A DNA stretch of 49,186 nucleotides. It comes from Clostridia bacterium. Its GTDB lineage: Bacteria > Bacillota > Clostridia > Lachnospirales > Lachnospiraceae. The position numbers and the translations under genes are program-made. The DNA is taken from contig QKDK01000122.1 of NCBI GenBank assembly GCA_003252135.1, positions 1 to 49,186 on the forward strand. Direction: 5' to 3'. Below are positions 29,723 to 39,218 of this stretch, in pieces (positions within the stretch are counted from its first letter, which is position 1; the number at the start of each line of letters is the position of its first letter). The notes under the pieces are model-generated. The model was not told the DNA's origin and did no database searches. It saw only the letters and a list, made by a program, of their open reading frames with translations.

Positions 29723-31513
29723 ATGTATCGTTCACATGTATTGGTTTGTGGTGGTACGGGCTGTAATTCCTCGGGAAGTCAGACTATCATGAAGACACTG
29801 CAGGCCGAGATCGAAAAAGTCGGTCTTGAAAATGAAGTTGCAGTGGTTCAGACTGGCTGTCACGGACTCTGCGCCCTCGGACCGATTATGCTTATATATC
29901 CGGAAGGAACATTCTACTCTATGGTGAAGAATGAAGACGTTTCGGAAATCGTTGCAGAGCATTTATTAAAGGGAAGACCGGTCAGCCGTCTTGTATACAG
30001 CGAGACATCAAAGGATGGCAAGGTCAAACCTTTATCAGAAACAACATTCTACAAGAAACAGCACAGAATTGCACTTCGCAACTGTGGTGTCATTGATCCG
30101 GAAAACATTGATGAATATATCGGAAGAAACGGTTACGAAGCACTTGGCAAGGTACTGACTGGAATGACACCTGAGCAGGTCATCAGCATTGTTCTCGACA
30201 GCGGACTCCGCGGCCGCGGCGGTGCAGGCTTCCCGACAGGACGTAAATGGTCTCTTGCAAAAGACCTTGTAAAAGGCGGACAGAAGTATGTGTGCTGTAA
30301 TGCAGACGAAGGTGACCCAGGTGCGTTCATGGATCGTTCCGTTCTTGAAGGTGACCCACATGTAGTTCTTGAGGCTATGGCTATTGCCGGCTATGCAATC
30401 GGCGCTTCTCAGGGGTATATCTATGTTCGTGCCGAATATCCTATCGCTGTAACCCGTCTTAACATTGCCATTGAACAGGCAAGAAACTACGGATTACTTG
30501 GAAAGAACATTTTCGACAGCGGTTTTGATTTTGATATCGAACTCCGTCTTGGTGCCGGAGCTTTCGTGTGCGGTGAAGAAACAGCTCTTATGACTTCTAT
30601 TGAAGGCAAGAGAGGTGAGCCTCGTCCACGTCCTCCATTCCCTGCTGAAAAAGGTCTCTTCCAGAAACCTACGATCTTGAACAACGTTGAAACCTATGCC
30701 AATGTTCCGCAGATCATATTAAATGGCTCTGACTGGTTCAAATCCATGGGAACAGAAAAATCAAAGGGAACAAAAGTGTTTGCTCTCGGCGGTAAGGTCA
30801 TGAATACAGGTCTTGTTGAGATCCCTATGGGAACAACACTTCGTGAAGTTGTTGAAGAAATCGGCGGCGGTATTCCAAACGGCAAGAAGTTCAAGGCAGC
30901 GCAGACAGGCGGACCATCCGGCGGATGTATTCCGCAGGAGCACTTTGACATTGAAATCGACTATGAAAATCTTTTATCAATCGGTTCCATGATGGGATCC
31001 GGCGGTCTGATCGTTATGGATGAAGATAACTGTATGGTCGACATCGCAAAATTCTTCCTTGGTTTCACCGTTGAAGAGTCCTGTGGTAAATGTACACCGT
31101 GCCGTATCGGAACAAAACGTATGTATGAAATCCTCGACAAGATTACCAAAGGCCAGGGAACAATGGACGACCTTGATAAGCTTGAAAAATTATGTTACCA
31201 CATCAAAGAGAATTCTCTCTGCGGTCTTGGACAGACAGCACCGAACCCTGTGCTCTCAACTCTTCATTACTTCAAAGATGAATATCTTGCGCATGTTGTT
31301 GACAAAAAATGTCCGGCAGGTGTATGTAAGGATCTTCTGACCTATGTCATTGATCCGGTAAAATGTATCGGATGTACGCTCTGTGCAAAAGTCTGCCCAG
31401 CTGGCGCAATTACAGGTACATTAAAAGAAGTGCACAAGATCAATCCGGACATCTGCGTAAAATGCGGCGCATGTATGGAAAAATGTAAGAAGGGTGCGAT
31501 ATCAAAAAGATAA
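29723..31513 (+). CDS. hydB: bifurcating [FeFe]-hydrogenase beta subunit (NuoF-like, FMN/NAD(H)-binding)
   Basis: N-terminal 2Fe-2S domain. GRGGAGFPTGRKW, ADEGDPGAF, ESCGKCTPCR, and two C-terminal CxxCxxCxxxCP motifs. Confidence 0.95.
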   Translation: MYRSHVLVCGGTGCNSSGSQTIMKTLQAEIEKVGLENEVAVVQTGCHGLCALGPIMLIYPEGTFYSMVKNEDVSEIVAEHLLKGRPVSRLVYSETSKDGKVKPLSETTFYKKQHRIALRNCGVIDPENIDEYIGRNGYEALGKVLTGMTPEQVISIVLDSGLRGRGGAGFPTGRKWSLAKDLVKGGQKYVCCNADEGDPGAFMDRSVLEGDPHVVLEAMAIAGYAIGASQGYIYVRAEYPIAVTRLNIAIEQARNYGLLGKNIFDSGFDFDIELRLGAGAFVCGEETALMTSIEGKRGEPRPRPPFPAEKGLFQKPTILNNVETYANVPQIILNGSDWFKSMGTEKSKGTKVFALGGKVMNTGLVEIPMGTTLREVVEEIGGGIPNGKKFKAAQTGGPSGGCIPQEHFDIEIDYENLLSIGSMMGSGGLIVMDEDNCMVDIAKFFLGFTVEESCGKCTPCRIGTKRMYEILDKITKGQGTMDDLDKLEKLCYHIKENSLCGLGQTAPNPVLSTLHYFKDEYLAHVVDKKCPAGVCKDLLTYVIDPVKCIGCTLCAKVCPAGAITGTLKEVHKINPDICVKCGACMEKCKKGAISKR

Positions 31514-31575
31514 ATATCATCTTTATGGATCGTATCAATACTTTTATAACAGAAGAATTTTTAAGGAGGATTCAG

Positions 31576-33321
31576 ATGGAAACCGTTAATATTAAGATAA
31601 ACGGTGTGGCAGTCAGCGCACCAAAAGGTTCTACCATTCTTGAAGCGGCCAGATTAGCACACATCGATATTCCGACTCTCTGCTTTTTAAAGGAGATCAA
31701 CGAAATCGGTGCATGCCGCATCTGTGTGGTTGAAGTGAAAGGCGCAAGAAGCCTTGTGGCTTCCTGTGTTTATCCCGTAAACGAAGGAATGGAAGTTTGG
31801 ACCAACACCCCTAAGGTTGTTGATTCCAGAAAGAAAACATTGCAGTTGATTCTTTCCAACCATAATAAGAGATGTCTGTCCTGCGTACGCAGCGGTAACT
31901 GCGAACTTCAGACGCTCAGTAAAGAACTTGGTGTAGATAATGAAAGTCTTTATGCAGGAGAGATGCAGCATTTTACAATCGATGATTCAGCTGCTCATAT
32001 GATTCGTGATAACAGCAAATGTATCCTTTGCCGCAGATGTACAGCAGTTTGTGAGCAGGTACAGTCTGTTGGTGTTATCGGAGCAAACGAAAGAGGATTC
32101 AGAACCAACATCTCCAGCCCATTCGGTATGGGACTTGGAGAAACCTCCTGTGTATCCTGCGGACAGTGTATCGCAGTATGTCCTACAGGTGCACTTGCCG
32201 AGAAAGACGCAGTTGGAGAAGTACTTGCAGCACTTGCAGATCCTGATAAGCACGTTGTTGTGCAGACAGCACCTTCCGTACGTGCGGCACTTGGTGAAGG
32301 CTTTGGTCTTCCAATCGGAACCAACGTAGAAGGAAAGATGGCATCAGCACTTCGCCGTCTTGGTTTTGCTAAAGTATTTGATACAGACTTCGCAGCAGAT
32401 CTTACCATCATCGAAGAAGCCAATGAGCTTCTTGACCGTGTAAGCAAAGGCGGAACTCTTCCGCTCATTACCTCCTGTTCACCAGGTTGGGTGAAGTACT
32501 GTGAACATTACTTCCCTGATATGATTGATAACCTTTCAACCTGTAAATCACCTCAGCAGATGTTCGGTGCCATGTTAAAAACTTACTATGCAGAGAAGAA
32601 TCATATCGATCCGAAAAAGATCGTCAGTGTCAGTGTTATGCCATGTACTGCAAAGAAATTTGAAATCGGCCGCGATCACCAGAGCGCAGCAGGCGTTCCG
32701 GACGTTGATATTGCTATCACGACCAGAGAGCTTGTTCGTATGATCGAACGTACCGGAATCAACTTCTTAGAGCTGCCTGATGAAGAGTTCGATAATCCTC
32801 TTGGCGAAAGCACAGGCGCATCGGTAATCTTCGGTGTATCCGGTGGTGTTATGGAAGCTGCACTTCGTACAGCAGTTTGGAAGCTGACGGGAGAAAATCC
32901 TGACAGTCCGATCGAATTCTCAGAAGTACGTGGTATGCAGGGAATTAAAGAAGCAAGTTATGATGTTGCAGGTCTTACAGTAAATGTAGCAGTAGCATCA
33001 GGTCTTAAGAACGCTCATGACCTGCTTACCAAGATCAAGAACGGCGAAGCTAATTATCAGTTCGTAGAAATCATGGGATGTCCTGGCGGCTGTATCAACG
33101 GCGGCGGACAGCCGATCGTTGATTCTAAGACTCGTAACTTTGTTGATTACCGTTCACTTCGTGCAAAAGCATTATATGATGAGGATGCAGGAAAAGTGCT
33201 TCGTAAATCTCATGATAATCCAAACATTAAAAAGCTTTATGATGAATACCTTGGTACACCGGGCGGACACAAAGCGCACGAAACACTTCATACAAAGTAT
33301 GTAAAAAGAAAAATACAGTAA
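31576..33321 (+). CDS. hydA: [FeFe]-hydrogenase catalytic subunit, NADH-dependent/bifurcating type
   Basis: N-terminal 2Fe-2S domain, an HxxxCxxCx5C cluster, two 4Fe-4S motifs, and an H-domain with MPCTAKKFE and EIMGCPGGCINGGGQP. The L1 motif reads TSCSPGW. ATG 31576 is preceded by aaggagg. Confidence 0.95.
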   Translation: METVNIKINGVAVSAPKGSTILEAARLAHIDIPTLCFLKEINEIGACRICVVEVKGARSLVASCVYPVNEGMEVWTNTPKVVDSRKKTLQLILSNHNKRCLSCVRSGNCELQTLSKELGVDNESLYAGEMQHFTIDDSAAHMIRDNSKCILCRRCTAVCEQVQSVGVIGANERGFRTNISSPFGMGLGETSCVSCGQCIAVCPTGALAEKDAVGEVLAALADPDKHVVVQTAPSVRAALGEGFGLPIGTNVEGKMASALRRLGFAKVFDTDFAADLTIIEEANELLDRVSKGGTLPLITSCSPGWVKYCEHYFPDMIDNLSTCKSPQQMFGAMLKTYYAEKNHIDPKKIVSVSVMPCTAKKFEIGRDHQSAAGVPDVDIAITTRELVRMIERTGINFLELPDEEFDNPLGESTGASVIFGVSGGVMEAALRTAVWKLTGENPDSPIEFSEVRGMQGIKEASYDVAGLTVNVAVASGLKNAHDLLTKIKNGEANYQFVEIMGCPGGCINGGGQPIVDSKTRNFVDYRSLRAKALYDEDAGKVLRKSHDNPNIKKLYDEYLGTPGGHKAHETLHTKYVKRKIQ

Positions 33322-33377
33322 ATAAAACAATAATATAGTAAATAAAACAATAATATAGTAAATAAAACAATAATACA
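33318..33377 (+). repeat. 20-bp tandem repeat x3 (gtaaataaaacaataatata) beginning inside the hydA stop codon
   Basis: Copies at 33318-33337, 33338-33357 and 33358-33377; the last copy has a divergent 3' end. The hydA TAA lies at 33319-33321. Confidence 0.95.
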
Positions 33378-33425
33378 CAAGACCATGCGAAGAACATTAT
33401 GTATCATATTCTAGCATGGTCTTGT
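33377..33425 (+). terminator. 12-bp hairpin after hydA (possible terminator, no clear U-tract)
   Basis: acaagaccatgc / gcatggtcttgt with a 25-nt loop. Confidence 0.45.
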
Positions 33426-33590
33426 TACGTTGAAAAATCTGTGATATTATGTAGCCAAAATGGACTGTTATGATTCATTTTTGATGTTTTTTGATTGTAT
33501 ATACGTAGAACGCGCAGTTATTTACTGGTATAACAAACAATAGTGTAACAAAAATCATATGCACTGCAACAGTGCGGGAATGGAGAAGAT

Positions 33591-34616
33591 ATGAAACTTC
33601 AGTATGAAAAAGAGCAAATAGAATCCATGATGGATGCTATTGTAAAGAAAACAATGGCGATGGATCTTACTTGGGACTGGCCCTGCGGTGTGGCATATTA
33701 TGGAATCAGTGAGGCATACGCTGCTTCTGGTAAAAAGGAGTATCTCGAACTAATGAAGGCGCGAGTAGACGAGTATATAGAGCTTGGTCTTCCGAACTGG
33801 ACTGTTAACACCTGTGCTATGGGACACTGCCTGATTACGTTATATGAAGCAACAGGGGATGAGAAGTACTGGAATATTGTAATGGATAAAATAGATTACC
33901 TTAGAAATAAAGCTCTTCGTTTTGGCAAAAAGGTCCTGCAGCATACAGTATCAGTTAATAACGATTTCCCGGAGCAGGCGTGGGCAGACACTTTATTTAT
34001 GGCAGCATTTTTTATGCTTCGTGTTGGTATCAAGCTGAAAGACGATGATATTATCAACGATGCTCTGAATAATTACTTCTGGCATATCAAATATCTTCAG
34101 GATCCTGCAACAAGCTTTTGGTATCATGGCTACAATAACATTAATCAGGATCATATGTCAGGCTTTTACTGGGCTCGTGCCAATGCATGGGCAGCATATA
34201 CCATGTCACAGGTGGGAAAACGTCTTCCTGCATGCTACCTTTACCCGCCATACATGGATATAGACTGCTCCCTGCGTGATCAGCTCGCTGCATTGAAATC
34301 CATGCAGACAGAAGACGGTCTTTGGAGAACGATTCTTGATGATGATGGGTCATATGAAGAAGTATCTGCTTCCTGCGGTATTGCTGCAGCTATGACAGCA
34401 TCTGCAAATCCTTTATACAGCAGATACATCAACAAAGCCATAGCAGGAGTTTCTAAAAATGTAACAGAAGACGGAAGAGTTCTTAATGTATCAGGCGGAA
34501 CAGCTGTTATGAAAGACCGTGAAGGATATCGTAATGTACCAAAGACCTGGATCCAGGGCTGGGGACAGGGACTTGCACTTGCTTTCTTTGCAGAGCTTCT
34601 GAAGGTTGAAAAATAA
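33591..34616 (+). CDS. glycoside hydrolase family 88/105-like (unsaturated rhamnogalacturonyl/glucuronyl hydrolase)
   Basis: 341 aa with no signal peptide. WDWPCGVAYYG...WADTLFM...WARANAW is the pattern of YteR/YesR-like (alpha/alpha)6 hydrolases, recalled from memory. Confidence 0.7.
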   Translation: MKLQYEKEQIESMMDAIVKKTMAMDLTWDWPCGVAYYGISEAYAASGKKEYLELMKARVDEYIELGLPNWTVNTCAMGHCLITLYEATGDEKYWNIVMDKIDYLRNKALRFGKKVLQHTVSVNNDFPEQAWADTLFMAAFFMLRVGIKLKDDDIINDALNNYFWHIKYLQDPATSFWYHGYNNINQDHMSGFYWARANAWAAYTMSQVGKRLPACYLYPPYMDIDCSLRDQLAALKSMQTEDGLWRTILDDDGSYEEVSASCGIAAAMTASANPLYSRYINKAIAGVSKNVTEDGRVLNVSGGTAVMKDREGYRNVPKTWIQGWGQGLALAFFAELLKVEK

Positions 34617-34639
34617 AAAGAACATTCGTTTCATTACTG

Positions 34640-35557
34640 TCACCTCTTAACAACTGGGAAATCAATTCGTATGGAGAAAAGATCACCATCCAGATGAGAG
34701 CTTATAGAACCGTCCATAGACTCCGTCAGCTTTCTTGCAATGGAAAGCCCTAAGCCTGTTGTCTTTTTTGTTCTGGACTTATCAGTTGTAAAAAAACGGT
34801 CGAAAATGCGATCTATATCATCCTCTTCAATGGAGTCAGTCTGATTTGAAAAAACAAGGTGGCAGACAGCTGCTTCTTTGTACAAGTGAATAGCATACCT
34901 GCCGGTTCCATGTACCAAAGCATTGTGAAGAATATTTTCAAAGATACGCTTTAAAGCAGAACGGTCTCCCAAAATAACAACAGGTTCTTCCGGTATCAGA
35001 ACATCAGGTTCGGTGTTCTTATCAATAAAGTCACTGTAAAACATGCCAAGAGTATCGCGCAGCAGATTACAGAGATTCACCGGTTCATTCTGAAACATAA
35101 GCTCACCGGATTCAAGTCTTGCGTATTCAAACAGCTGGTCCAGCATGCGCTGAACAGCACGGATACGTTTCTCGACAATCTGCAGATACTGCTTTTGCAC
35201 TACGGGAGAAAGATCCTGCCGTTCTATCATCTGAAGGTATCCGATCGCTGATGTTAAAGGTGTTCTGATGTCGTGAGAAATATTCGTTATTGTTTCCTTG
35301 AAGTTGAGGTTCAGCCTGTTGAACTGCAGCGTCAGAGCTCGTTCACGCTGCAGTACTTCATTAATATCAAGAAGCAGAGACTGTGTTTCCCTGAATCTGA
35401 ACTGAGAGGTCAGAAGTAGATTCGTCTTAGCATCAGCAAGGAAGGAAAGCTGCTTTCTGATCAGATGAAGCTGATAACGAAGGAGAAGCAGCCGTACCAG
35501 AAGAAAGATACAGATAAGAGTCAGTATACCAATCAAGTAGTATTTGTAATCTGCCAT
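34640..35557 (-). CDS. sensor histidine kinase with a single TM segment and no sensor domain
   Basis: H-box ISHDIRTPLTS, N-box NALVHG, G2 GLGLSIA. ATG 35557 is preceded by aaaggag. Confidence 0.9.
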   Translation of the reverse strand: MADYKYYLIGILTLICIFLLVRLLLLRYQLHLIRKQLSFLADAKTNLLLTSQFRFRETQSLLLDINEVLQRERALTLQFNRLNLNFKETITNISHDIRTPLTSAIGYLQMIERQDLSPVVQKQYLQIVEKRIRAVQRMLDQLFEYARLESGELMFQNEPVNLCNLLRDTLGMFYSDFIDKNTEPDVLIPEEPVVILGDRSALKRIFENILHNALVHGTGRYAIHLYKEAAVCHLVFSNQTDSIEEDDIDRIFDRFFTTDKSRTKKTTGLGLSIARKLTESMDGSISSHLDGDLFSIRIDFPVVKR

Positions 35558-35683
35558 CGTTTCTCCTTTCTCGTGTTTTGCGGGTCCCAAAGTCATGCTT
35601 ATTCATGCAAGTATGAATCACATGATCCTTTGATCTTAGTATCATATATATACTAAGATCAGTCTATATAAAATAAGCTGCAT

Positions 35684-36523
35684 TTAGTTTATATCCCGTA
35701 CCTGGAAGGATGCAGCGCCTATAATAAAGCTGAAAAGAGTATACAGAATGCCGGTCACAAGACCTTTAGTCAGCAGGGAGCTGGTCAGAGAAAGTGTGGA
35801 AGTTTCGGCAACGACCTGCACGATCCAGTAGGATGAGATCGACAGCAAGAGGTCTGGAAGTAATTTTTGTATTACGAGGTCTATCAGAGACAAAATCATC
35901 GGTAGAAAAGAGCTGATACCGATTGTAATGGCAATACAGCCGCCCATATTTCTGACAAGTGTCGAGATAGCTACGAACAGACTGCTGACACCAAGATTAA
36001 GTACGAACTGAACAAGAAGAAATAATGCCATATCGGAGGCAAAACCCGAAGGGACCTCTCCGAATCCAAAGATGATGGTCGCAAATATCACGGTGCTGAT
36101 CAGACCTATGATAACAAGAATGTCTGCAGCCACTGCGGTCGAAATGAACTTGGAGGCAAAAATGCTCATACGGCTGTAGCCCTTTGAAGCAGTTGCCTTC
36201 ATTGCGCCGCAGGAATATTCACCAGCTACAAAGATAGCAGTAAATATGGCAATCAGAAGCTGAAAGGAATTACCTGTAAAACTGAGAGGAAGAATGGTTA
36301 CAGTATTGTATGTAGTCATAAAAACCTCTGATCCGGAAGAAGTAAGACCGCTGCCTTCCATCTGCGCGGATAAAGCATCCAGCATCTCCGGTGTATAAAG
36401 TACTGCGAGGAGCTTGTAGGTCAGTATCATAATGATGGTAGCACCGACCATGCTCAGGGTGCATATAAAAAATGCCTTGCTCTTAAACAGTTTAAAAAAT
36501 TCTGCACGTAATAAATTGCTCAT
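35684..36523 (-). CDS. ABC-2 family transporter permease
   Basis: 279 aa with about 6 TM segments. 4-nt overlap with the upstream ATPase gene. Confidence 0.85.
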   Translation of the reverse strand: MSNLLRAEFFKLFKSKAFFICTLSMVGATIIMILTYKLLAVLYTPEMLDALSAQMEGSGLTSSGSEVFMTTYNTVTILPLSFTGNSFQLLIAIFTAIFVAGEYSCGAMKATASKGYSRMSIFASKFISTAVAADILVIIGLISTVIFATIIFGFGEVPSGFASDMALFLLVQFVLNLGVSSLFVAISTLVRNMGGCIAITIGISSFLPMILSLIDLVIQKLLPDLLLSISSYWIVQVVAETSTLSLTSSLLTKGLVTGILYTLFSFIIGAASFQVRDIN

Positions 36524-37428
36524 TCGTCGATACCTCCAATCATATCCATAAAATAACCTTCCAGATCCTGTCCTGAAAGTGCTATGGACTTTACCAGATT
36601 ATCACTTCGCACAAGAGCTGCATTGATCATGGCAGCATCCTCAAGCCGTTCAAAAACACGAAGAGTATTATCGGGAAGAACATCGTAATTGGTTATTCCA
36701 AGATCTGTTTCCAGAACTTTTAATGCATTTCCCATCTGCTCCAGCTCTATTTTGAGGCAGCGTCTGCAGCGCAGATCGAGCTCTTCTTTGGTGAATTCGT
36801 CAATCAGCTTGCCGTTCTTAATAATTCCGTAACGGTTCGCTATCTTTGACAGCTCACCAAGTATGTGACTTGAAAGAAATATAGTGATCTGTTTTTCACG
36901 GCAGAGCTTCAGCAGAAGATTTCGTACATCCTTGATGCCTTCCGGATCCAGACCATTGATCGGCTCATCAAGAACCAGAAAATCAGGATTGCCAAGCAGA
37001 GCTATAGCGATACCAAGTCTTTGTTTCATACCAAGAGAATACTTTTTCACCTTTTTACTGCCGGCATCATCAAGACCAACGATGGAGAGCATCTCTTCTA
37101 CTGCGTTTTTTTCTGCTATGCCAAGTGTTTTACGAAAGACCTCCAGATTCTGTTTTGCGGTCATATTTGGGTATAAGCCGGGATTTTCAATCATACAGCC
37201 CATCCGTTTTCTTTGTTTGTTCAGGTCTTTGCTGCCAAAGATCTCGATGCTTCCGCTCGTCGGTTTGGCAAGCCCGCTGACAAGGCGCATCATTGTGGTT
37301 TTCCCGGCACCGTTTTTTCCGATAAAGCCGTATATATCGCCTCTGACGATATTCATATTTACATGATGTACGGCATAGCTTCCCGGAAATACTTTTACGA
37401 GATCTTTTGTCTGTAATGCATACTCCAT
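36520..37428 (-). CDS. ABC transporter ATP-binding protein (bacitracin/lantibiotic-immunity type)
   Basis: Walker A GKNGAGKTT, signature YSLGMKQR, Walker B FLVLDEPINGLD. ATG 37428 (MEYALQ). Confidence 0.92.
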   Translation of the reverse strand: MEYALQTKDLVKVFPGSYAVHHVNMNIVRGDIYGFIGKNGAGKTTMMRLVSGLAKPTSGSIEIFGSKDLNKQRKRMGCMIENPGLYPNMTAKQNLEVFRKTLGIAEKNAVEEMLSIVGLDDAGSKKVKKYSLGMKQRLGIAIALLGNPDFLVLDEPINGLDPEGIKDVRNLLLKLCREKQITIFLSSHILGELSKIANRYGIIKNGKLIDEFTKEELDLRCRRCLKIELEQMGNALKVLETDLGITNYDVLPDNTLRVFERLEDAAMINAALVRSDNLVKSIALSGQDLEGYFMDMIGGIDE

Positions 37429-37578
37429 AACAATCCCCATTTCTTCGCTGTTTTGTGTTCCTGCCTGTGAAAACAACGTAAAGTCACAGGCACATATTTG
37501 TTATTATCGTTGATATCCTGATTGTAGCAGGGGGTATTTTAGAAACTTTAGGAAAAGTATAAAGAATTAATAAAGATT

Positions 37579-38265
37579 TCAGGTCTTCATTTTAAAACCA
37601 ATGCCCCATACAGTCTGAATATACGGTTCATCCGTGATTTTCGAGAATTTCTGTCTTATATTGCTGATATGTACATTTACGGCGTTATCTTCTCCGAGAA
37701 ACTCCGCATTCCATACTGACTCGAAGATATTATTCTTTGTAAAGACCTTATTTGGACTGCTCATGAGCAGTTCCAGAATCAGGTATTCGTGCTTCGTCAA
37801 AGAGACAAAGGAGCCAAGCAAAGTGACCTCAAAGGTTTCTTTATTGATCACAAGATCACGGTAAGCCAGAGTCGAAGCACTCCCTGGATTTTTCTTTGAG
37901 ACACGACGAAGTGCTGCCTCGATTCGAGCAAGCAGCTCACCGGTATCAAAAGGTTTTGTCAAATAATCATCAGCTCCGTTCTTCAGCACCGATATCTTTG
38001 TTTCGGTATCGTCCTTTGCAGAAAGCGCAATGACAAGAAGTCCTTCTCTGAGATTCTTGCTCTTGACCAGCAGTTCCTCTCCGCTTAAACCGGGCAGCAT
38101 CAGATCGAGCAGCATTATATCATAGTTTTCGTGTGTCAGGCACAACAGTCCCTCGGTTCCCGAAAAAGCAGCTCTCACATAATAACCTTCAGCGTTCAGA
38201 AGCTCAGTCAGCATTTTACTGATATCGGTATCGTCTTCCACAACAAGTATAGCGATCTGATCCAT
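37579..38265 (-). CDS. OmpR/PhoB-family response regulator
   Basis: Receiver domain (ILVVEDD, DLMLPG) plus winged helix (TVWGIGFK). ATG 38265 (MDQIAIL) is preceded by gaggga. The track start at 38388 is an extension. Confidence 0.93.
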   Translation of the reverse strand: MDQIAILVVEDDTDISKMLTELLNAEGYYVRAAFSGTEGLLCLTHENYDIMLLDLMLPGLSGEELLVKSKNLREGLLVIALSAKDDTETKISVLKNGADDYLTKPFDTGELLARIEAALRRVSKKNPGSASTLAYRDLVINKETFEVTLLGSFVSLTKHEYLILELLMSSPNKVFTKNNIFESVWNAEFLGEDNAVNVHISNIRQKFSKITDEPYIQTVWGIGFKMKT

Positions 38266-38432
38266 AGTATCCCTCGTTTCACATAATCTGTAATGAGGAT
38301 ACCGCAAAAAAAAGTTAAATACAAGGGTTAATTCGAATATGACTGCTGCCGATATAAAGGATATAACGGAAGCTGCCATAATGAACAATGGATTGATGTA
38401 ATTGCAGCCGGAGCGCCAAGGAGGGTGTCGAT

Positions 38433-39014
38433 ATGGAAGTGAATAAAGTTACTGGATATGCATCTAATAGTTACGAAACTGATACAACGGCAAAAAAGAC
38501 ATATAATAAAGCAGAGAAGGAACAAACACAGGATACAGGCGCGGCAGTTTATGAGAAGTCGTCTGTGACCAACCTCGCAAAAACCGCAAAAACAGATACA
38601 GCGACTATAGAAAAAATGAAAGCTGAAGCAGACGAGAAGTACGCGCAGTTAAAATCACTTGTTGAAAAGATGATCTTAAAACAGGGAGAGACTGATACAA
38701 ATGCAAGTATGTGGGACGTGCTGCGCAGCGGCAAGCTTGAAGTCGATCCGGAAACAGCAGCCAAAGCCAAAGCTGATATTGCAGACGACGGCTACTGGGG
38801 CGTCGACCAGACATCAGACCGACTGGTGTCCTTTGCGAAGGCACTTGCAGGTAATGATACTTCTTACGCAGATAATTTGATCGATGCTATCAAACAAGGT
38901 TTTGATGAAGCTACCAAAGACTGGGGCGATACTTTACCGGATATCTGCCAGAAAACGATAAAAGCGACCATCGACAAAATGGAAGCCTGGAGAGATGGAA
39001 CTGAGAATTGCTAA
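38433..39014 (+). CDS. hypothetical protein (no recognisable family)
   Basis: 193-aa ORF with coding-like composition, followed by a terminator. No signal peptide and no motifs I can name. Confidence 0.55.
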   Translation: MEVNKVTGYASNSYETDTTAKKTYNKAEKEQTQDTGAAVYEKSSVTNLAKTAKTDTATIEKMKAEADEKYAQLKSLVEKMILKQGETDTNASMWDVLRSGKLEVDPETAAKAKADIADDGYWGVDQTSDRLVSFAKALAGNDTSYADNLIDAIKQGFDEATKDWGDTLPDICQKTIKATIDKMEAWRDGTENC

Positions 39015-39040
39015 GCTTACATGTTTCATCATCCTTACGA

Positions 39041-39081
39041 GAGAATGCACGGCTGAAACTGGCTGCGCATTCTCTTTTTTT
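39041..39081 (+). terminator. intrinsic terminator
   Basis: gagaatgc...gcattctc followed by ttttttt. Confidence 0.75.
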
Positions 39082-39218
39082 AATAATGTATTTTTCTGCA
39101 AGCAATGACACAATAAACATATAAATAAAGAAGAAATAAGGACAGATATTCACAAAAAGGAATCATTTGAACCGATAACGTGTTCATACTGTCTTGAAAA
39201 GAACCGGAAGAAACGTGA

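Noticed and set aside
33318-33377. Possible CRISPR array (also considered for 39219-39303)
   Set aside because: The repeats are directly tandem with no spacers, the units are only 16-20 bp, and no cas genes are present. They are minisatellites, not CRISPR.
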